Assembly (NCBI GenBank): GCA_048938105.1
Contig: JBHLMN010000007.1
Location: forward strand, 160,001-224,000
Length of the DNA: 64,000 bases
Origin: Promethearchaeota archaeon
GTDB taxonomy: Archaea; Asgardarchaeota; Heimdallarchaeia; Hodarchaeales; Hodarchaeaceae
Direction: 5' to 3'
In this document: piece by piece, positions 19,474 to 30,260 of the stretch
Position numbering within the stretch: the stretch's first letter is position 1
How the letters are laid out: each line of letters begins with the position of its first letter
Notes under the pieces: model-generated
The model's database searches: none
What the model saw: the letters and a program-made list of their open reading frames with translations, nothing else
What the model was told of the DNA's origin: nothing
Made by a program: the position numbers and the translations under genes

Positions 19474-20340
19474 ATGAAACTCAAAGGAATAGAAAAATGG
19501 AATGAAAAACTTCCAACGTACCAGGGTAGACGTATTTTATTAATACCTGCTCTATTTATCATTTTATTGATTTTGGGTTCTTCATTTACAATCTTACTAT
19601 ATATTTCACCAAGTTTTTTCCCAGAAAGTGATCTTCTTTATCTTCTTGAACCATTTTTACCTTTTATCGGGCCACTTATTCAAATAAGTATTGGATTATT
19701 TTTAGTTTCTAAGGTTTGGAGTAAGAGGAACACATTACTTGAACAATCACGAGAGTACGCCTATCAAAGAGGTTTCACACTTGGAATCTTTGGAATTCCA
19801 CTTATAATTACGACAGCAATACACAATTACATTCCAACTGAAGTGCTCCTACTTTGGCAACCTCTAAATCCGACAACATCCGTGCTATATTCTTCTCTTT
19901 TAACTGTGGTTCCAGGTTGGTCTGCGTATGAACTTATCATACGGATTGTACTTGGTCTTATCTTTCTCATGCTAGGGGTTCTTACAATACTGCGGGCCTT
20001 TTTCACTTTTGGTATTGATTACATGGCAGTGGTTTATTTATACTATCCTGAAGAGTCTGAATTGCAAAACCACCAAATATACTCTGTATTACGTCATCCA
20101 ACATACTTTGGTGTCATTCTCACAGCATTCGGAAGTTGTTGTATGAAATTCTCGGTATATTCTATTTTTTCCTTCATTCTAGTAGTGGTTGGTATGCTTT
20201 TTCATATCAACTTTGTTGAGGAGAAAGAACTCCTAGAACGGTTTGGTGACTCTTATCGCAATTATCGCAAACAGACTCCAGCTCTACTCATCAAACCAAA
20301 CCAAATAGGTTTGTTTCTCAAGTTTATTTTCAATAGGTAA
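19474..20340 (+). CDS. ICMT/PEMT-family membrane methyltransferase
   Basis: IYSVLRHPTYFG, EEKELLERFGDSYRNYRKQTP. Confidence 0.85.
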   Translation: MKLKGIEKWNEKLPTYQGRRILLIPALFIILLILGSSFTILLYISPSFFPESDLLYLLEPFLPFIGPLIQISIGLFLVSKVWSKRNTLLEQSREYAYQRGFTLGIFGIPLIITTAIHNYIPTEVLLLWQPLNPTTSVLYSSLLTVVPGWSAYELIIRIVLGLIFLMLGVLTILRAFFTFGIDYMAVVYLYYPEESELQNHQIYSVLRHPTYFGVILTAFGSCCMKFSVYSIFSFILVVVGMLFHINFVEEKELLERFGDSYRNYRKQTPALLIKPNQIGLFLKFIFNR

Positions 20341-20590
20341 TAATTATCAGAATATTAAATTATATTAATTATAAGTGATTTTTCCTTGATTAAGTCTCTA
20401 AAGATTGAAGGACTGCTTTAATATACTCTTATAGCTTTCCTTCTTGTTCTTCTGGATCGATAGTTGTTTTCATTTTCAAAAAAGAATATTCGTTCTTTAT
20501 GTGAGTAAAAATCTTCTTCTCTTTCATAGCATTATAGTATCATTAAGGTTAGCCATACTTCCAAAGTTAAACTCTTGAAGGTTGCATGGT

Positions 20591-21460
20591 TTATGATTTA
20601 TTGAACCATGGAAGTTTTGGTTTGATAAGATAGAAAAGTCCAAACCAAGCCAAAATTGCCAAAATGGGAAAGATAATAAGCCCTTCAGGCTGAACCATTG
20701 GATCTCCGCTCAGTACCATTACTATAGCCATTGCTACAACAGCTGAAGACAAAGTAACGAAAAACCCATAAAAAGCTAACATGATTGGGTAAGCTTGCTT
20801 AGGTCTCGTCCCTAATAGATATAATCCAATAAATCCGAGAGGAAGCGTAATTCCTAAATCAAAGTAACGTATCACCCAAAATACATTGGGAGATTCCTGA
20901 TAAGAACCAGTAGATGTGTCTCCCGTCAAAACTACTTCAATGATTTCTTGAAACCACATCAAAGAGAATATCAGAAGAAAAATGACCATTAATATGATAT
21001 ATATCCTAAGGTTTTTGACATTAAAGTCAGGCGCATCATCTTCAGTAAACATTGACAGACTACCAATCAAGAGGATGAGGCCACCAATTATGAGTACTAA
21101 AAAGACCCAAAAGAATGTTTCAACATTCCCAGGATACATTGTCCACTCCTGTCCAATACCATATGCTAATCCTGTATATAGAAAAATGTACACTCCTACT
21201 AGTATCAAAAAGTATTTTGAACTCCCTTTTTTTTGGAGATGAAGTATTCCCCCAATGAAACAAAGTGGCGCTAAAAGTAGCAAATTAATTAGATCTTGCC
21301 CTTGGGTTTGATAAATTGCTGATTGTGATGTCCTATGTTCAATCAGCTCTAGTCCTAAAGGCCCCATGAGCGCTAAGAAGACCAGTGCGCCAGTACAAAT
21401 GAGTGCAGTTATACTTATTACATATCTTTCAAAAATATCTTGTTTTGTTTCAACACTCAT
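20591..21460 (-). CDS. Hypothetical polytopic membrane protein
   Basis: About 8 TM segments, with GQDLINL and DLGITLP motifs. Confidence 0.7.
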   Translation of the reverse strand: MSVETKQDIFERYVISITALICTGALVFLALMGPLGLELIEHRTSQSAIYQTQGQDLINLLLLAPLCFIGGILHLQKKGSSKYFLILVGVYIFLYTGLAYGIGQEWTMYPGNVETFFWVFLVLIIGGLILLIGSLSMFTEDDAPDFNVKNLRIYIILMVIFLLIFSLMWFQEIIEVVLTGDTSTGSYQESPNVFWVIRYFDLGITLPLGFIGLYLLGTRPKQAYPIMLAFYGFFVTLSSAVVAMAIVMVLSGDPMVQPEGLIIFPILAILAWFGLFYLIKPKLPWFNKS

Positions 21461-21502
21461 TGTTTATTCCTCATTATGAGCTTCAAAGTGAAATTCTATT
21501 TA

Positions 21503-22714
21503 TTATTTTAACTCTAACGTTTTCTCTAAAGTAGAAAAGTTTCTAAGGCCTGTCTTTCGCACTGTAACGGTATCCTCAATACGAATCCCCCATTTACCGG
21601 GGTAATAGACACCTGGTTCAACAGTAACAACATCTCCTTCCGTTAATACACATTTTCTCATCAAACTCAAATAGGGCATTTCACCAATGGTTAATCCAAC
21701 TCCGTGTCCTAGACCATGAATGAACCCTTCTTCCATAGCCATGCCAGGATGCTCCATGTAATATAGGAGAGTTTTATGATTCCTTGCTTGAAGAGTTTCA
21801 CAAACACTCCTGGAAATCACCTGACCATCAGCACCTGCAGTGATTTGGTCAAGAGCAGTTTGTTGAGCCACAGCAACATCTTCAAACATAGTTTTAACTT
21901 CTTCAGAAGCGTTTCCAATGACAAAAGTTCGAGTAGTATCAAAACAATATCCAGTTGAGACATCCTGTGGAAAAATATCAAAAACTATTGGAACTCCAGT
22001 TTTGATTTTCCTTTCAGCTGTTCCATGATTATGGGGATCTGCTCCATCGGGCCCTGGGGCAAAGATTGTATCAGACACTGCTACAAGATTTTCTTCAGCA
22101 AGATTTCGATTAATGAAAGCTTTGACATCTACAACTGTTAATGAGGTATTTCCAGATTGAACTGTGTCCCCAGAAACAGAACAATTCCTAAGCATTTCAA
22201 GGGTTTTACACACAACTGTTTCAGTTCTCTCAGCTACTCCCGCAATTAAATCTAGTTCATGAGAACTCTTCGTTCGACGAACTCGTTCTAAAAATTCAGG
22301 TTCCGCGAGTACTTCGTATCCGTGTTGCTCTAAACGACGTGAAACATCGATAGCTTGACCTGCTTCTACCATTCCACTTAGAATGATTCTTTTTTGAGCG
22401 CCCAATTCTTTGAGTACTTTTGTAAATACTCTAATACGAGCTTCCTCAACTCCATGTTCTTTAATTAACTGAGGATAATTATATTGAGAATAAGGCGTGA
22501 TATTTTTTACTAGTCCTTTTTTCGCACTCCCAACATCGAGATCACCTACTATCAGTACGGCTTCCTGACCTGTTTTCTTAATATATACTCCTCCCCGTGG
22601 AATGTTACAACCACAGACATAAGCAAGGGAAGGATTACCAGAAGTACTCTCCCCAATAATGAGGATAGCTTCAACATCAATATTATCCAATTCAGTGTCT
22701 AAATCATCAATCAT
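21503..22714 (-). CDS. Xaa-Pro aminopeptidase (M24)
   Basis: DPHNHG, DIFP, DTTRT, HGLGHGVGL, TVEPGVY, GIRIED. Confidence 0.93.
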   Translation of the reverse strand: MIDDLDTELDNIDVEAILIIGESTSGNPSLAYVCGCNIPRGGVYIKKTGQEAVLIVGDLDVGSAKKGLVKNITPYSQYNYPQLIKEHGVEEARIRVFTKVLKELGAQKRIILSGMVEAGQAIDVSRRLEQHGYEVLAEPEFLERVRRTKSSHELDLIAGVAERTETVVCKTLEMLRNCSVSGDTVQSGNTSLTVVDVKAFINRNLAEENLVAVSDTIFAPGPDGADPHNHGTAERKIKTGVPIVFDIFPQDVSTGYCFDTTRTFVIGNASEEVKTMFEDVAVAQQTALDQITAGADGQVISRSVCETLQARNHKTLLYYMEHPGMAMEEGFIHGLGHGVGLTIGEMPYLSLMRKCVLTEGDVVTVEPGVYYPGKWGIRIEDTVTVRKTGLRNFSTLEKTLELK

Positions 22715-22859
22715 TGCTAATCCAATTCCATTATTTCATATTTAGTGTTCTTTTAAGCCCACAATATGACAGCATAAAAATCTCACTTAGTAAATTATTA
22801 GAAAAAATAGATTTATACCTCTTACATTAGAACCAGTCATTTTAATTGGAAATATTCTT

Positions 22860-23405
22860 CTACAAACTCTTCTTCATGATATACGACATCTCGGTCTTTC
22901 CAATGACCGAGAAGTCGTATTTATCATAAATCGACTTAAATCCCGTATGAGGAATCACTTCAGGATCGTCTAACTTTTCGTCTAGAGTTGGAATTGCATA
23001 AAGAGTCTCAATTCCATGTGCCTGACACTGTTCTATCACAAGGGGTAATATTGATTTTATCAATCCTCTTTGACGAAATCCTTGTTTAATGAAATAACAT
23101 GAAATTATTTTGACATTATCAGACTCTTTTGGTTTTATTATGGATGTTAATGCATTAGAACATTTGGGTTCAACACATTGACACCATCCAACGGGTTGAT
23201 CATTGTAATAATAGATGTAACCATCAGAACATGTCTTGATAAAATCACTACGCCATTGTTTTGAATCTTCTACATTAATGTTTTCCCAATCAATATCTTC
23301 ACGTATAAAGCAGGTACATTGATATGCTTCCCATTTATCATTGACAAATAAACTCTGAAAATCAGTCATTGTAGACTCTGTTAATGGTTTTATATAATCA
23401 CTCAT
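22860..23405 (-). CDS. GNAT family acetyltransferase
   Basis: PVGWCQ, ISCYFIKQGFRQRG, HTGFKSIYDKYDF. Confidence 0.8.
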   Translation of the reverse strand: MSDYIKPLTESTMTDFQSLFVNDKWEAYQCTCFIREDIDWENINVEDSKQWRSDFIKTCSDGYIYYYNDQPVGWCQCVEPKCSNALTSIIKPKESDNVKIISCYFIKQGFRQRGLIKSILPLVIEQCQAHGIETLYAIPTLDEKLDDPEVIPHTGFKSIYDKYDFSVIGKTEMSYIMKKSL

Positions 23406-23635
23406 CTTAAAAACACCTACAATAGTGATTTTTTGATAATAGGTTCATAATCTTAATCAATTCTCACATGAAATGTTAAATTTCATGTCTATCAAAACTA
23501 AATTCTATCCTTGATATGATTTATTACAGTGCCAAAATTTAAAATAGTTCTATAAAAGGTAAAACTTCTACTTTAGAAATGAAAAAAAGGAGGAAAACAC
23601 CCTTTCAATAGGGAAAGGATGTTATTTTAGCTCAT

Positions 23636-26635
23636 TTAACGTCTTCTTCGCAAAAAAACAAGAATTAATAACATGGTTGAACCTACTATTAAATAAGAAA
23701 ACCCTGGTGATACATTAGGCTGTTCACTAGTCGTTGTTGAGGTGGATTCTGGCTCTGTCGTAGTAGGTTTCGTAGTTGTAGGTGGAATTGTAGTTGTAGG
23801 TCCGCTGGATTCAGGCTCAGGTATCTCAACTGTGAACCAAATAACAATAGATTTACCAGTATTACCCATAAGATCGCTGGCATAGAGAACAATCCTATGT
23901 GAACCTTCTGATAATGACTCTAACAAAGTGTTCCCTGTGATAGTCACATTAATGGATCTATCGAGAGAGTACCCGATCCAGGAAGTGGGTTCGTCGATTG
24001 TGAAATTAAGCCATATGTCAGTCATGTTATATGTTGTACTATTGGTCGGATTGGTTAAGATTATACTTGGAGCAAGAGTGTCCACTGTGAACCAAACAGT
24101 GCTAGATTCACCAGTATTACCCACAAGATCAGTTGCATAGAGAACAACCCTATGTGAACCTTCTGATAATGACCCTAACAAAGTGTTCTCTATGATAGTC
24201 CCATTAGCAGATCCATCAAGAGAGTACCCAATCCATGATGTAGGTTCATTAATTGAGAAATTTAACCAGATGTTACTTTCTGCATAAGAACTATTGGTTG
24301 GACTGATGATGACAATTTCTGGTGAAATTGGGTCAAAAAATTGGCCCCAAGTTCGGAATTCAAAGTCGAAATCTAGAAGTGGCGAACTGCTAACACCACG
24401 ATAATAATTAGATCCTGAATATCCACGCCAAAAATATCGATTATCGACATTGGGAGATGGGCTATCACTCCAAACATAGATGAAATAGGATTGACCTGGA
24501 ATCAGGGAGAGCGATGAAGGTACTAAAATAGGAACCCAACCTGTGACACTATCTGCTTCTAACACAGTGGTTTGCCATAGGGTATTTTGGCCATCAGTGA
24601 TGTTAACCAGCACATTCCCAGGATTTCCATTTTTCTGCAGATAGAGATCAATTTGAGTAAGATTAGCATACAAGGGAACAAATTCTTGCCACTGAATAAC
24701 TGTCTCCTCAAACCAATAACCGTAGTTTAATCCATCTTGTGCCTGATCTAGATATACACTTCTATCACAGACCAAACTTACTGTTCTAAATGTGAAATCA
24801 AAATCTGGAGCTGAAGTAATACTACTAATACCTCGTGTATAATTAGAGTTAAGATGTCCATCCCAAAAATAGCGATTACTTGCAGATGCGGAATCTGTAT
24901 CACTCCCTACGTAAATATAATAGGACTGATCTGGAATCAAAGGGATTGTTAAATTTGTTGGAATAATTACCCATCCGCCAGTAATATCAGCTTCTGATAG
25001 AAGAGTCTGCCATATAGTTTTTTGACCATCGGTAATATTTACTAACATGTTTCCAGGATTTCCCGATTTTTGGATGTTGAGATCTATCTGAGTTAGAGTA
25101 GGATAAAAGGGTTTAAACTCTTGCCATCGAATAACTGTGTCATCAAACCAATATCCATAATCCTCTTCTTCTTGTACTTGATCTAAGAATAAACTAATAT
25201 CACTTGATTGAGTCCATACCCGAAAAGCATAATCATAGGTCGGCCAACCTGATTGGACATTGGTGTCACCAAAGGTATAACTGGAAGTTATATGACCCAT
25301 CCAAGCATAATAATGTGTTCCTGGAACGTGAGGATCCACACTACGGACATAAATGTAATATGAATTACCTGGAATTAAGGGAAGGGTTGATGGGAAAGAA
25401 ATACTTACCCAACCTCCAGGCGCGGGAATCTCTGCTTCTAAGATAGTGGTATTCCAGATGGTAGCTTGACCATCTGTGATATTGACTAGAACATCCCCAG
25501 GGTCACCTGTCCTCTGGATATTAAGATCAAGTTGAGTTAATGTTGAAAATACTGGTTTAAATTCTTGCCATGCATTCCATGAATCACTAAAAACAAACCC
25601 ATAATTCACATCTTCCTGTGCTTGATCAAGGTAGGTAGCTGGATCACTGGGAATACTCCATGTTCTAAATGCAAAATCGAACGTTGGCCAACCAGCTGCT
25701 ACGCTATTTGTCCCACGATAATAATTTGAATTAGTGCTACCGTCCCAGAAATATTTATCCGTTGTGGTACTATTAGTATCACTATTTACATAAATAAAAT
25801 AGGATCGTTCTGGAATCAGAGGGAGTGCAGGATTTATTGATATATTTAACCAACCCCAAGGAAGTACAATATCTGCTTCCAACACAGTAGTGTGCCACAA
25901 AGTCCTTTCTCCATCTGAAATGTTAACTAATAAATTCCCTGGATTCCCATTTTTAACAATATAGAGATCTAAACGTGTCAAAGTTGAATATAATGGTTTG
26001 AATTCTTGCCAGCGGAATCCGTTAGCGTCAAACAAAAACCCATATGTATGTGAATTCTGGATTTGATCTAAATAGATTTCTCTGTCATTTGAGAGACTCC
26101 ATGTTACAAATGTGAAATCAAAATCTGGAGCTGAAGTAATACTACTAATACCTCGTGTATAATTAGAGTTAAGATGTCCATCCCAAACATAGCGATTACT
26201 TGGTGAAGTGGAATCTATATCACTCCTTACGTAGATGTAATATGACTGCTCTGGGATCAAGGGAAGAGCTGATTCCAGTGAGATATTCACCCATATGGCT
26301 CCACTGGCAATATCTGCTTCTAAAACAGTAGTATTCCAAAGACTTTTGAGGCCATCAGTAATATTGACGAGGATATTTCCAGGATTACCATTCTTATCAA
26401 CATTTAGATCTAGGCGAGTTAAAGTAGAATAAAGTGGTCTGAACTCTTGCCAGCGAATTGCTGTGTCATCAAACCAATAGCCGTAGTTCTCTTCCCCCTG
26501 CGTTTGGTCTAGATCTTCACCAATCTCATATGCACCTAGTGTTTGAATTGCAGATAAACCAGATAAAATTAATGAGAACATTACTAAAATCATAAAATTT
26601 GATTTTTTTTGTCTTTTGTTAAAGAATTTTAGCAT
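23636..26635 (-). CDS. Cell-surface glycoprotein: signal + 5 x ~147-aa repeats + 2 Ig-like repeats + Thr/Pro linker + PGF-CTERM
   Basis: Repeats begin LDQxQ and carry WQEFxP, GNPG, VNITDG and DFxFRTW. The C-terminus is SPGF-TM-RRRR. Confidence 0.9.
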   Translation of the reverse strand: MLKFFNKRQKKSNFMILVMFSLILSGLSAIQTLGAYEIGEDLDQTQGEENYGYWFDDTAIRWQEFRPLYSTLTRLDLNVDKNGNPGNILVNITDGLKSLWNTTVLEADIASGAIWVNISLESALPLIPEQSYYIYVRSDIDSTSPSNRYVWDGHLNSNYTRGISSITSAPDFDFTFVTWSLSNDREIYLDQIQNSHTYGFLFDANGFRWQEFKPLYSTLTRLDLYIVKNGNPGNLLVNISDGERTLWHTTVLEADIVLPWGWLNISINPALPLIPERSYFIYVNSDTNSTTTDKYFWDGSTNSNYYRGTNSVAAGWPTFDFAFRTWSIPSDPATYLDQAQEDVNYGFVFSDSWNAWQEFKPVFSTLTQLDLNIQRTGDPGDVLVNITDGQATIWNTTILEAEIPAPGGWVSISFPSTLPLIPGNSYYIYVRSVDPHVPGTHYYAWMGHITSSYTFGDTNVQSGWPTYDYAFRVWTQSSDISLFLDQVQEEEDYGYWFDDTVIRWQEFKPFYPTLTQIDLNIQKSGNPGNMLVNITDGQKTIWQTLLSEADITGGWVIIPTNLTIPLIPDQSYYIYVGSDTDSASASNRYFWDGHLNSNYTRGISSITSAPDFDFTFRTVSLVCDRSVYLDQAQDGLNYGYWFEETVIQWQEFVPLYANLTQIDLYLQKNGNPGNVLVNITDGQNTLWQTTVLEADSVTGWVPILVPSSLSLIPGQSYFIYVWSDSPSPNVDNRYFWRGYSGSNYYRGVSSSPLLDFDFEFRTWGQFFDPISPEIVIISPTNSSYAESNIWLNFSINEPTSWIGYSLDGSANGTIIENTLLGSLSEGSHRVVLYATDLVGNTGESSTVWFTVDTLAPSIILTNPTNSTTYNMTDIWLNFTIDEPTSWIGYSLDRSINVTITGNTLLESLSEGSHRIVLYASDLMGNTGKSIVIWFTVEIPEPESSGPTTTIPPTTTKPTTTEPESTSTTTSEQPNVSPGFSYLIVGSTMLLILVFLRRRR
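23830..24320 (-). repeat. Two 85-aa Ig-like repeats (255-bp offset)
   Basis: IWLNFxIxEPTSWIGYSLD...LSEGSHRxVLYAxDLxGNTG occurs twice. DNA from 23881 and from 24136 is highly similar. Confidence 0.9.
24345..26512 (-). repeat. Five intragenic tandem domain repeats
   Basis: LDQ starts at 26512, 26071, 25630, 25186 and 24751 (spacing 441/441/444/435 bp). Confidence 0.92.
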
Positions 26636-26831
26636 ATTTATTATAATCTCCTTTCAAATAAAGTGTCGGGTTTGGACTTCTCTTTCTCGATGTTTAAAAA
26701 ATTTACCAAATGAAGAATTTTCCATTATTTGAAAAATCATGGAATCCCAACACTAAAGAGTTTGGATTGATCTTTAGTAGTAAAGATAGTGCTACGAGAA
26801 AGTGAAAAAATAAGTGTTATGGGGAAAATTT

Positions 26832-27872
26832 ATGCCAATTAAAACCAATATTACTAAAATGTTGGGGATTAAACATCCTATTATTGCAGCACCAATGGCT
26901 CCTTTCCATACCACTGAGTTAACTATTGCTGTTTCTGAAGCGGGGGGATTAGGCGTACTCTCTCAAATTGGCCTCCTAGACGAAGACAGAAATCCTGTTG
27001 ATGAAATGAAAAAGAATATGCTATATATTGTTGATCATACAGACAAGCCATTTGGATTTAATGTTCGAACTTCTAGATTAGAACCCTTTGCATCTGCTTT
27101 ATGCTCAGAAATCCCTAAATTTATTCTAGAGAATCAAAGAATTAGAGAGCAGTGTGTATATGCTTTAACAAGCGCAGGATCAGCAAAACCACTTCCAAGT
27201 TCTAGATCTTTTCAGGAGTTGAAAAAGAATTCTCAGATTCAGCATTTTCATGTTGCACCAGCCTTATGGTTAGCTGAAAAATGTGTGGCTGCTGGAGTAG
27301 ACGGATTAGTAGTTACAGGTAATGAGGGGGGTGGACACCAATCATATGAAAAAGTGAGTACCTTGGTGCTTCTTCAGCAAGTACAGCAACAATTTCCAGA
27401 CATACCACGAATTGCTTGTGGTGGATTTGCTTCAGGTGAGGGATTAGCTGCTGCTCTATCACTTGGGGCAGGTGCAATAGCGATGGGATCCCGATTTATT
27501 GCTTCCAGAGAATGTGAATTTCATGATACATATAAAAGCGTTATTCCACCTGCTAAAGCTCAAGACACCATACTGGTTACAGGAATATTAGGGCCTATTC
27601 GTCTCTGGAAGAATAAATATAGTCTTCATCACGATTTGGTCGCTAATCGAGAAGAAAAATTGGTTAAAGAATCAAGAATGGCCACTGAAGAACTTGCATC
27701 AGCTGCAAGGGCATATGACTTGGCTTATCAGGGGAATGTAGAGGATGGAGCTGTTCTTCTAGGCCAATCGATCGGTCTGATAAATAGGATTGAAAGAGTG
27801 TCAGATATAATTGAAAGAATAGTGAAAGACGCTGAAAAAGCTATCAAAAAGGCAAAAAGTTATTTTAACTGA
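26832..27872 (+). CDS. Nitronate monooxygenase / FabK-like flavoprotein
   Basis: LGIKHPIIAAPMA, AVSEAGGLG, GNEGGGH, ACGGFASG, AMGSRF, GQSIGLI. Confidence 0.9.
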   Translation: MPIKTNITKMLGIKHPIIAAPMAPFHTTELTIAVSEAGGLGVLSQIGLLDEDRNPVDEMKKNMLYIVDHTDKPFGFNVRTSRLEPFASALCSEIPKFILENQRIREQCVYALTSAGSAKPLPSSRSFQELKKNSQIQHFHVAPALWLAEKCVAAGVDGLVVTGNEGGGHQSYEKVSTLVLLQQVQQQFPDIPRIACGGFASGEGLAAALSLGAGAIAMGSRFIASRECEFHDTYKSVIPPAKAQDTILVTGILGPIRLWKNKYSLHHDLVANREEKLVKESRMATEELASAARAYDLAYQGNVEDGAVLLGQSIGLINRIERVSDIIERIVKDAEKAIKKAKSYFN

Positions 27873-27985
27873 AATAACCGTATCCCTTTTTAGAATTATT
27901 AAAACCATGAGAAATTAGATCACTCATCAACCATCAAATCCATTTTTTTATACCTCTTACTAAAGAACTTCCAGCTATTGGTCTT

Positions 27986-29962
27986 TCAAGTATTTTGAAA
28001 AAGAACCTGGTGAAAAAAGGCTGCTTCTCTTGTCAATGCATCAATATTATTTTCCTTTTTCCTAAAACCATGAGCCTCTCCTTCATATTCAATGTACTCA
28101 TTAAGGATTCCTTTTTCTTTAAGAATCTCTGCCACCTCACGAGATACTTCAGGTACGACAACTTTATCATCTTTACCTTGAAATAAAATCATCGGTGATT
28201 TTAATCTATCTAAGTGATTAATTGGTGAACGTTCTTTGTAGATTTGTTCACCCTCAGGATCGGACAGAGGTTTTCCCATTAACCAATCAATGTATCTTGA
28301 TTCAAATTTATGAATTAGTTTAGTTAGAGTGATTAAATTCCCAATTCCATAATAACTCGCTCCTACTTGAAATGTATCTGGGAATAATGTTAATACACGT
28401 TGTACTGCATATCCTCCTGCGCTTCCTCCTGTGATAGCTACTTTTTGAGTAACAATTCCTTGTTGCAGTAGGTAATCAACGGCATCTTTAATGTCTTGAG
28501 CATCGATGACACCCCATGTTCCTTTTAATGCGTCTCTATACTGTCTTCCATAAGATGTACTTCCTCGATAATCAAGATCAATGATAGCATATCCTTGATT
28601 AGTCCAAAACTGCTTTGTTAATGTATACCCTCTCTTTGCTCTTGCGGTAGGCCCTCCATGAACCATAACGATTAATGGTGGTTTGTCTCCTTCAGGGGCA
28701 ATATAATTCTTATTTTTTGGCAAATATAATAGACCATAGGCTCTCTTTCCATCGGAAGTTGGATATTCAAGATGTTGAGGTATAGAGATGTCCTGTTCTG
28801 AAAGAGGATTTGTGAAACATGATTTAATAATGTCATAAGTCATTGATTGAAGATCAAGCTTAACAAGAGTAGAAGGTTTATTGAAACTATTACCAAAAAA
28901 TACAATTTCATGTTCCGAATAAGCCTGAATTCCATAATAGTCATCAAAAGGTGACTGGAGTGTTTCTAAAACCCTTGTTATAGGGTCGATTAAGGCAAGA
29001 AAGCTTTGCCCTTTCTTTTCATAATTTGCTACAATTCGTCCACTACTAGGCAAAAAATCCCAGCTCATGAATCGAAAAACCCACATTGGTAATCCAAACT
29101 CTGCAAGTTCCTGTGTGATCGCTCTTATTTCACCATCATCATACTGGTAGAGATTCCACCAATTTTTCGGGCTTTCTTCTGGTTGACCCTCTTCGTCCAT
29201 GACAAAGAAGACACTCCCGCTACGGTTGAATCGAATTGCACCGACAGAAATCCCATTTCCCCCTATAATAATTTTCTCAGACCCTGGTACAATAGACTTG
29301 TCCTTAAAATCAGCCAGTACGAGTTCTGTGGAGTTCCATGGCATATTAGGATGATTAAATTGTATCCAAGCAATTTGCCTCCCATCTGGAGAGATTATAG
29401 GATCAAAATAGAAGTCTTTTCCTTCCACTATAACTGTAGGCTCTTGAATAACATTTTTAGTAATATCAAGGTAAGCAATATAGTTTTCATTCTCTTTTTC
29501 TACGAATTCTTTCTCATAAACAAAGATAAGCACATTCTCATCTGGGGTTAAAACTGGGGCTGCATATTTCCCTAAAGAGCCATCCTCATTTTTCTCGGGG
29601 GTTAATGGGACTGGTGATTCGTTTATTCCAATTTTTTTTTGATAGAGACGCTGATCATTGAAATTAACATAGAAGACATTCCTTTCACCTACCTCCCAAC
29701 ACATGCCACCATATTCATGAACACGAGTTCGGACATTTGCATCTGTAGGTAAGACATCAAAAACACCCCCCTTATCGTTTTGACAAACGAGGGCGACTCT
29801 ACCATTCTCTGCAGGACGCAATTCAGACCAATAGATATTATCATTAACAATTTTAATATCATTGAAAGATATTGTATCTTCAAAAACCTGTTCGGGTGTT
29901 ATATTGGAAATCCATTCATGATAAGGTTTCATCTGTTTATTTTTTACCATCTTAAGCACCAC
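27986..29962 (-). CDS. S9 prolyl oligopeptidase/acylaminoacyl peptidase
   Basis: VHGGP, DYRGS, GGSAGG, DKVV and EAHGF triad motifs, with an N-terminal propeller. Confidence 0.93.
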   Translation of the reverse strand: MVLKMVKNKQMKPYHEWISNITPEQVFEDTISFNDIKIVNDNIYWSELRPAENGRVALVCQNDKGGVFDVLPTDANVRTRVHEYGGMCWEVGERNVFYVNFNDQRLYQKKIGINESPVPLTPEKNEDGSLGKYAAPVLTPDENVLIFVYEKEFVEKENENYIAYLDITKNVIQEPTVIVEGKDFYFDPIISPDGRQIAWIQFNHPNMPWNSTELVLADFKDKSIVPGSEKIIIGGNGISVGAIRFNRSGSVFFVMDEEGQPEESPKNWWNLYQYDDGEIRAITQELAEFGLPMWVFRFMSWDFLPSSGRIVANYEKKGQSFLALIDPITRVLETLQSPFDDYYGIQAYSEHEIVFFGNSFNKPSTLVKLDLQSMTYDIIKSCFTNPLSEQDISIPQHLEYPTSDGKRAYGLLYLPKNKNYIAPEGDKPPLIVMVHGGPTARAKRGYTLTKQFWTNQGYAIIDLDYRGSTSYGRQYRDALKGTWGVIDAQDIKDAVDYLLQQGIVTQKVAITGGSAGGYAVQRVLTLFPDTFQVGASYYGIGNLITLTKLIHKFESRYIDWLMGKPLSDPEGEQIYKERSPINHLDRLKSPMILFQGKDDKVVVPEVSREVAEILKEKGILNEYIEYEGEAHGFRKKENNIDALTREAAFFHQVLFQNT

Positions 29963-30089
29963 GTAAGGAAGTCTTGTAGAATGTATGTTAATTCATGAAG
30001 CTTTTTACATGATTTTAATTGAAATTGGTTATTAATATATTAGACATATTTAGAATTATAATCCTAGAGCTGAAAAATCTGGATCCTCT

Positions 30090-30260
30090 TTAGTAGCTAA
30101 AATGTTGTTCATCTAATTTTTGACACACATTATCAACTTTCACACGAGTATGGCTAACAGGAACAACTATATGACCATGTTCTGCTAATCCAATGGTAAG
30201 AGCTTCTCCTATTCCACTAGATCCACCGAATATAACTATAACATTCTCATTGGTTTTCAA
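30090..30260 (-). pseudogene. Truncated short-chain dehydrogenase (N-terminal Rossmann fragment)
   Basis: VIVIFGGSSGIGEALTIGLAEHGHIVV, then a stop after about 55 aa. No SDR remainder follows. Confidence 0.6.

Noticed and set aside
24788-26260. Near-identical repeat pair as a DGR template/variable region
   Set aside because: Mismatches are not adenine-specific, both copies are in-frame in the same gene, and no reverse transcriptase is present in the window.
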